A stretch of DNA of 64,000 nucleotides from the IMG/VR virus record IMGVR_UViG_3300046167_000417, positions 2,465 to 66,464 of that record; one strand, 5' to 3'. Below are positions 59,288-64,000 of the stretch, in pieces. This DNA is from a virus. Below the pieces are notes generated by a model, which was given only the letters and a program-made list of their open reading frames with translations, was not told where the DNA came from and did not search any database. Position numbers and translations under genes: made by a program. Position 1 is the first letter of the stretch; each line of letters starts with the position of its first letter.

Positions 59288-59547
59288 TACCATTTAACTT
59301 TATTAGCCCAGTAAGCTGCGCTCATTTTACCTTTAGCTATGTTTTTTCCGTGACGAGCCTTAAAACTAGCTCTTCTAGCTTTTGATTTAGAATCTGTTTT
59401 TTTACCAGCTGTACTCACTCCTTGCTGACCAAATCTAATTATCTTTTCTCTACCGTTCTCACATGCTTTAACTATGTGTGACTTAGTTTTATGACTTGGC
59501 GTTCTTCTTGGTTTGTTACAAGCTAATGTTTTCTTGTCTGTAGCCAT
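59287..59547 (-). CDS. Small basic phage protein
   Basis: KIIRFGQQG...RRASFKARH...SAAYWA. Confidence 0.7.
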   Translation of the reverse strand: MATDKKTLACNKPRRTPSHKTKSHIVKACENGREKIIRFGQQGVSTAGKKTDSKSKARRASFKARHGKNIAKGKMSAAYWANKVKW

Positions 59548-59693
59548 TATTTTTTCTTTTTAGTAGGTTTGCAATCAGGAACCATTTTACCACCTTTCTT
59601 TTTAAACTTTGGCTTTCCGTTAACAATATTGCTGTAACCTTTCCAGCAAGTTGTTTTCTTTTTAGCAGGTCCTCCTATTATTCTATCTATCAT
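59547..59693 (-). CDS. Small basic protein with CWKGY...VPDC motif (48 aa)
   Basis: Read manually; TAATG-coupled to the next gene. Confidence 0.6.
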   Translation of the reverse strand: MIDRIIGGPAKKKTTCWKGYSNIVNGKPKFKKKGGKMVPDCKPTKKKK

Positions 59694-59704
59694 TTTTTTA
59701 GTTT

Positions 59705-60130
59705 TTATATGTTACAATATTCTTTATAAGCATCAAAGCACGGGCAACTTTTCGCAGCAAACTCATTGTGGCCATGTATAGTAGCAAGTGGATGCATTTT
59801 CTTTAATGTTTTAAGCAATAATAATAAGCTTTCTTTTTGTTCTGATGTTCTAGTATCCTTAGCAATCCATTTGCCATTAGATCCACGTTCTGATTCAACA
59901 CCTCCAATATAACAAATTCCTATTGATCCTTTGTTATGATTTTTAACGTGAGCACCTTGCTCATATATGTTGCGACCATATTCTATAGTCCCATCTAGTA
60001 AAACTACGTAGTGATATCCTATCCCTTTCCAACCTCTTTTTAAATGCCACTGATTTATTTCAGCCGCATCCAAGTTTCTACCTTCTTGCGTAGCAGAGCA
60101 ATGTACTATTATTTTGTTTATTGTTCTCAT
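59705..60130 (-). CDS. N-acetylmuramoyl-L-alanine amidase (T7 lysozyme-like endolysin)
   Basis: VHCSAT, IGYHY, GAHV, HGHNE, KSCP. Confidence 0.92.
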   Translation of the reverse strand: MRTINKIIVHCSATQEGRNLDAAEINQWHLKRGWKGIGYHYVVLLDGTIEYGRNIYEQGAHVKNHNKGSIGICYIGGVESERGSNGKWIAKDTRTSEQKESLLLLLKTLKKMHPLATIHGHNEFAAKSCPCFDAYKEYCNI

Positions 60131-63100
60131 TTTAGATCGTTGTATTTTTCTTCTAATTTTTGTAACTTAAACGCAGGTGTTTTTATACCAGATTCTTTTT
60201 CTTTTCTATAAAGTTCCTCTCTCACTTCAACAGGTAGCATGTATAAAATTTTTCTTCTATAAGCTTTGTATTCTTTTGACTTCTGCTTGTTTATTTTTCT
60301 AGTTTCTTTAGCTTTTTCTTTACCAGCTTCTTTTCTAGCAGCTTTAGCTTTTGTCTTTATTAAATCATGCTCTTCAATTTTAACACCTGTATCCCATGAT
60401 CTCCAACCTAAAGCAAGAGCTATTCTTTGCCACTGTGTGTTTCTAGTATCTAAAGCTTCTGTTATAGAATTAACTTCATCTACAGCTCTATCTAAAGGTA
60501 AATTAAGTGTTGCAGCTGATAATGAACCTATCATGTTATATGTAGGGCTAAGTTGAAACTTACCATCTATTGTAACATCAAAACCTCTTTCATTTATTAC
60601 GTCTTTTTCATATTGCAAAGTTTGTAATGCCGAGTTTATTTTTCTAGCTTTAGAACCTATAGGTGGTGATATTTGAAGAGCTGCTAATATTATATCTGCA
60701 TTTTCCCTAGAAAACTGAGGTTTTTCTTGGTACTCAATAAACTCTCTTATAGTATTTTTAACAGTAACAGCTACAGCACCTGCTAAACCAGATCCACGAA
60801 CAATTGAATCGATCATACCATTTGAAATTCTAGCTATTTTATTTTCCTCACCTCTAATTTTCTTTTCGTCGTATTTTTCTTTTTCTTTATCTGTTGCAAA
60901 ATCTTCGTCTTCATCATCGAATCCTGGTACTAAAGCAAACAATGCGTTTTGTAATGCGTTAAATATAAAGTTTTGTATAGCTCCGTAGTATAATATTTTA
61001 GATATATTTTGTTTTTTACTGCCTCTTCCGTTTATAAGATCTTGACCAGCTTTTTTAATCAACCTAGTATACTGCATAGGTGTATTTTGAAAAGCTAAAA
61101 CTAATCTACCTAAAACACTAGACTGTTGACCTGATATAAGCATTGGATCTGCAGACTGTTGTGTTTCGTCTGATATAGCACTAAAGTCTTCAAAAGCTTT
61201 TGCCTCTGCTTCACTTGCTTCAAAACCTTGCTTTTTATAAGTATTAATTCTATTTCTATAAAAAGTAGCGCCACCCTGTAGATATAGCTATACTATCTGC
61301 TATTTGTGTTGGTGTAAAACCTATTTTAAGTAAATAAGATATAACACCTGTCATTCCTCCTTTTCTAGACGCTTGAGCGATTTCAGCTTCTTGTATGTCA
61401 CCCTCTAACCCAGATCTTCTTTGTTTTAGTTTGTCTGAGTTAAACAATCTTATAACATCTTTCCAATACTGAGGTTGATTTGCTAAAGCTAAAGCTGCTT
61501 GTGCGGGGTTGTTGTCTGACCAGTTTATAAAGTTAGCAGATGACATAAGTTGTAATAGTGCGGATCTTCTATTGAAAAACATTATAGCACCAACAGAATT
61601 GTTAACCCAATTGTTCCATGATTCAACAAGCCTACCGCCTCCGCTAGTTTTGTTATTACCACTTTTCATTCTACGTATAGAATCTTCTATAGCTTCCTCT
61701 AACTCTAAACCCGTATACTGCTTGTACTTTGTTTAGGTTTTTTGGTGAAAATATTATATCTACGTTTTCTATAAACTCGCTTAAATATTCTTTTCTATTA
61801 ATATCTCTACCAACTCTACTTAAATCACCTATTATAGTGCTTGCATCCCAAAAATCATTTGGCTCAACAAAACTATCTAATCTAGTTATTAGCTCAACTC
61901 CATCAGCAAACTGTATTAAAGAATCATTTTTAGATACTAAGTCTACAACTTTAGCTTGATCTGTTTTACTTAAACCTGGTATAGTAAAACCAGCTCTATC
62001 CCATAAAAATATTCTTATGGCTTCGTCTGTCGTATATTTTGTTCCTTCAAACTTTTTTCTTAACTTCTTTTTTACTTCTGGATACTTTTTTATTAATGCT
62101 CTGTAATCGTTTGTTATTCTTTGCTTAGCTTGCTCAACAGCTCCAACACCTCTCATATAAGGTTTTATTAACGCTTTGTCAAAAAACTCTTGATCAGCTT
62201 CACCTTGTTTTCCTTTACCAGCGAAAGTATACATTGTTAAACCTCTAAAGTCGTCGGCTGAGGGTGGTATAAAGAATGAAAACCTTTTTTGTTTTTGACC
62301 TCTTCTTCTAGCTAATGCATCTGAAAAAGTAGCTTTAGCAGCAATACCTTTATTTCTTTCTATCATAGAGTTAAACTCATCACTAAGCTTTTCGCTAAAC
62401 TTTATTCTAGCTTGTTGTACTTTAGATTTAACATCTAAAACACTTAACACATCTTTGACAGCTTTAACGTTACCTAAATGATCATCTGTAAAGTAAAAGT
62501 CATTATAACCTTCAGCAAACTTACCTAGCATCCAATCTGCTTTTGCTTGAGGCCTACCATCTGCTAGTCCAGTTATATTTTTTAAAGGTATATTTAAACC
62601 TAAGCTTCCTAAAAACTCTTTAATAGGGCCAGCTGCGTCTTGCGGTCTAGCTGTTAATACAAATATATCTTCAGATCCCCTAGCATCTTGTATCTTTTTT
62701 GCTACATCAAACAGTGGTCCTTTTTTACCATTCATTACTTTGCTAAACTCAGAAAAATCCCACACAGCTCCTTCTGCTTCCATTTTACCTGCATCTTTAG
62801 CAAACGTACCAGCATCTATTTTACCAGTAGTTCCATCAGGCATAGTATATAAAACGTTACTTTTTGTTTGAGCTAATGTATCATCAAAATCAAACACTCT
62901 AGCTTTTTTAATTTTCTCAGAGTACTTAGGACTTCTAGCGTTTTTCATAGCTTTGTCGGCTATGTTATCTTTTCTAACTTGTGATTTAGCTTCTGGTTTA
63001 AACGTGCCTCTAATGTAAGGACTACCATCTGCATTTATACTATATTTATCTTGAAAGTTAGTACCATCAATGCTTATTAATCCTCTTGGATCTATACCTC

Positions 63101-64000
63101 CATCAACAGTAGCTACTAGTTCGCTAAAATATCTATCGTACCATTTGTTGTTTAACAAGTTCCAACCAATTGGCATTTCACTACGAAGACCTACAGCTAT
63201 AAGCTTTTTATCCATAGCTTTATCTAATGATATTAACTTGTAGTTATCTATAACAAAATCATAAGCACTTTCAAAAGCACTTTTAGATAATGAAACATCT
63301 AGCAAATATAAGTAAGCAGACGTGGCAGGCATAGCATGCTCGTATTCAAACCTACTACCTGTAATTTTGTTAGAGTAACCAACAAACTGAGCTCCAAGTT
63401 TGTGCCAATGTCCAGTATCACTACCTGTTATTTTTAGATAATTACCTATTACTTTAGCATTTTCCTTATTTGACTGTATAGCTTTATTAAATCTATACCA
63501 CATAGCTTGGTGTATTTTACCTACTTTTTTATTAAAAGCAGCTATGTCTCCTGATTTAACTTTTGCTTTTATAATTTCTTTTGTCTTAAAAAGCGTATCA
63601 TAACCAGATATTGAAAAATCACTAACGCCTTTTACAGGTGCACCATATTTCTGATTAGGATCTGTGGCAAGCTTTTTCATTTGATCCACATAATATTCTT
63701 TGTAAAGAGATTTAGCAACGTCAGTTGTACCTAGCACTTTAGATGTCGGTGTAAACACAGTCCCGTAGTTTCCTTTTTTATTTGGTTTACCAAACCAAAA
63801 ATCCCTAGGCATCAAAGGTAGTAAATTCTTTTTAACTTCGGCTACATACTTATCTACGTCTTCTCTTGTTTTAAATTTAAAAGTTCCATCTATACCGTAT
63901 GCTTTAAGTAAACCGTCAACACCTCTTGTTTCTAACTTAAATACTGGGTTAGCTAATATGCCTTTTACTTTTTCACTAAACTGAATATCAGATCTACCAG
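60127..64000 (-). CDS. Giant virion polyvalent protein, C-terminal part; two +1 frameshifts (near 61696 and 61275); open to the window edge
   Basis: Frame open from 63998. Removing one base at each site restores RVREAIEDSIRRMKSG and TGGATFYRNRIN, joining three track ORFs. Confidence 0.75.

Noticed and set aside
62870-62895. DFDD as a virion RNA polymerase catalytic motif
   Set aside because: Context DFDDT...TAR...K...DD fits a HAD phosphatase
1-64000. Prophage or integration module
   Set aside because: No integrase, repressor or host genes recognised in the window

Overview
This window holds most of an AT-rich tailed dsDNA phage genome. Gene content and order suggest a podovirus-like phage of aquatic Bacteroidota/Flavobacteriia; the host is inferred, not shown. 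Minus-strand morphogenesis arm (1-38.4 kb): internal virion proteins, tail, capsid, scaffold, portal, terminase, GroEL/GroES and tail fibres. Plus-strand early and replication arm (38.7-58.3 kb): many tiny ORFs, ligase, sigma factor, ERF, exonuclease, primase-helicase, TS-family enzyme, MazG and NrdAB. Minus-strand lysis genes and the 3' part of a giant virion gene occupy 58.4-64 kb; that gene probably continues from the ORF running off position 1. The most striking unexplained signal is in the early region. It holds four tRNA 'top-half' mimics (acceptor stem, T arm and a stemless GGTT D-loop, no anticodon arm, all ending A-CTAA). Two of them punctuate a ~480-nt highly structured non-coding cassette. 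The region also carries seven copies of a strict ACA-N4-AAATAC-N11-GATAATAYA motif. Other notable points are a dCMP-type TS homologue, no DNA polymerase in the window, a FISUMP domain inside a tail protein, a HAD phosphatase inside the giant virion protein, and a tandem GroES-like protein. Five single-base frameshifts are probably read errors. All protein assignments come from motif recognition by eye, with no database search.
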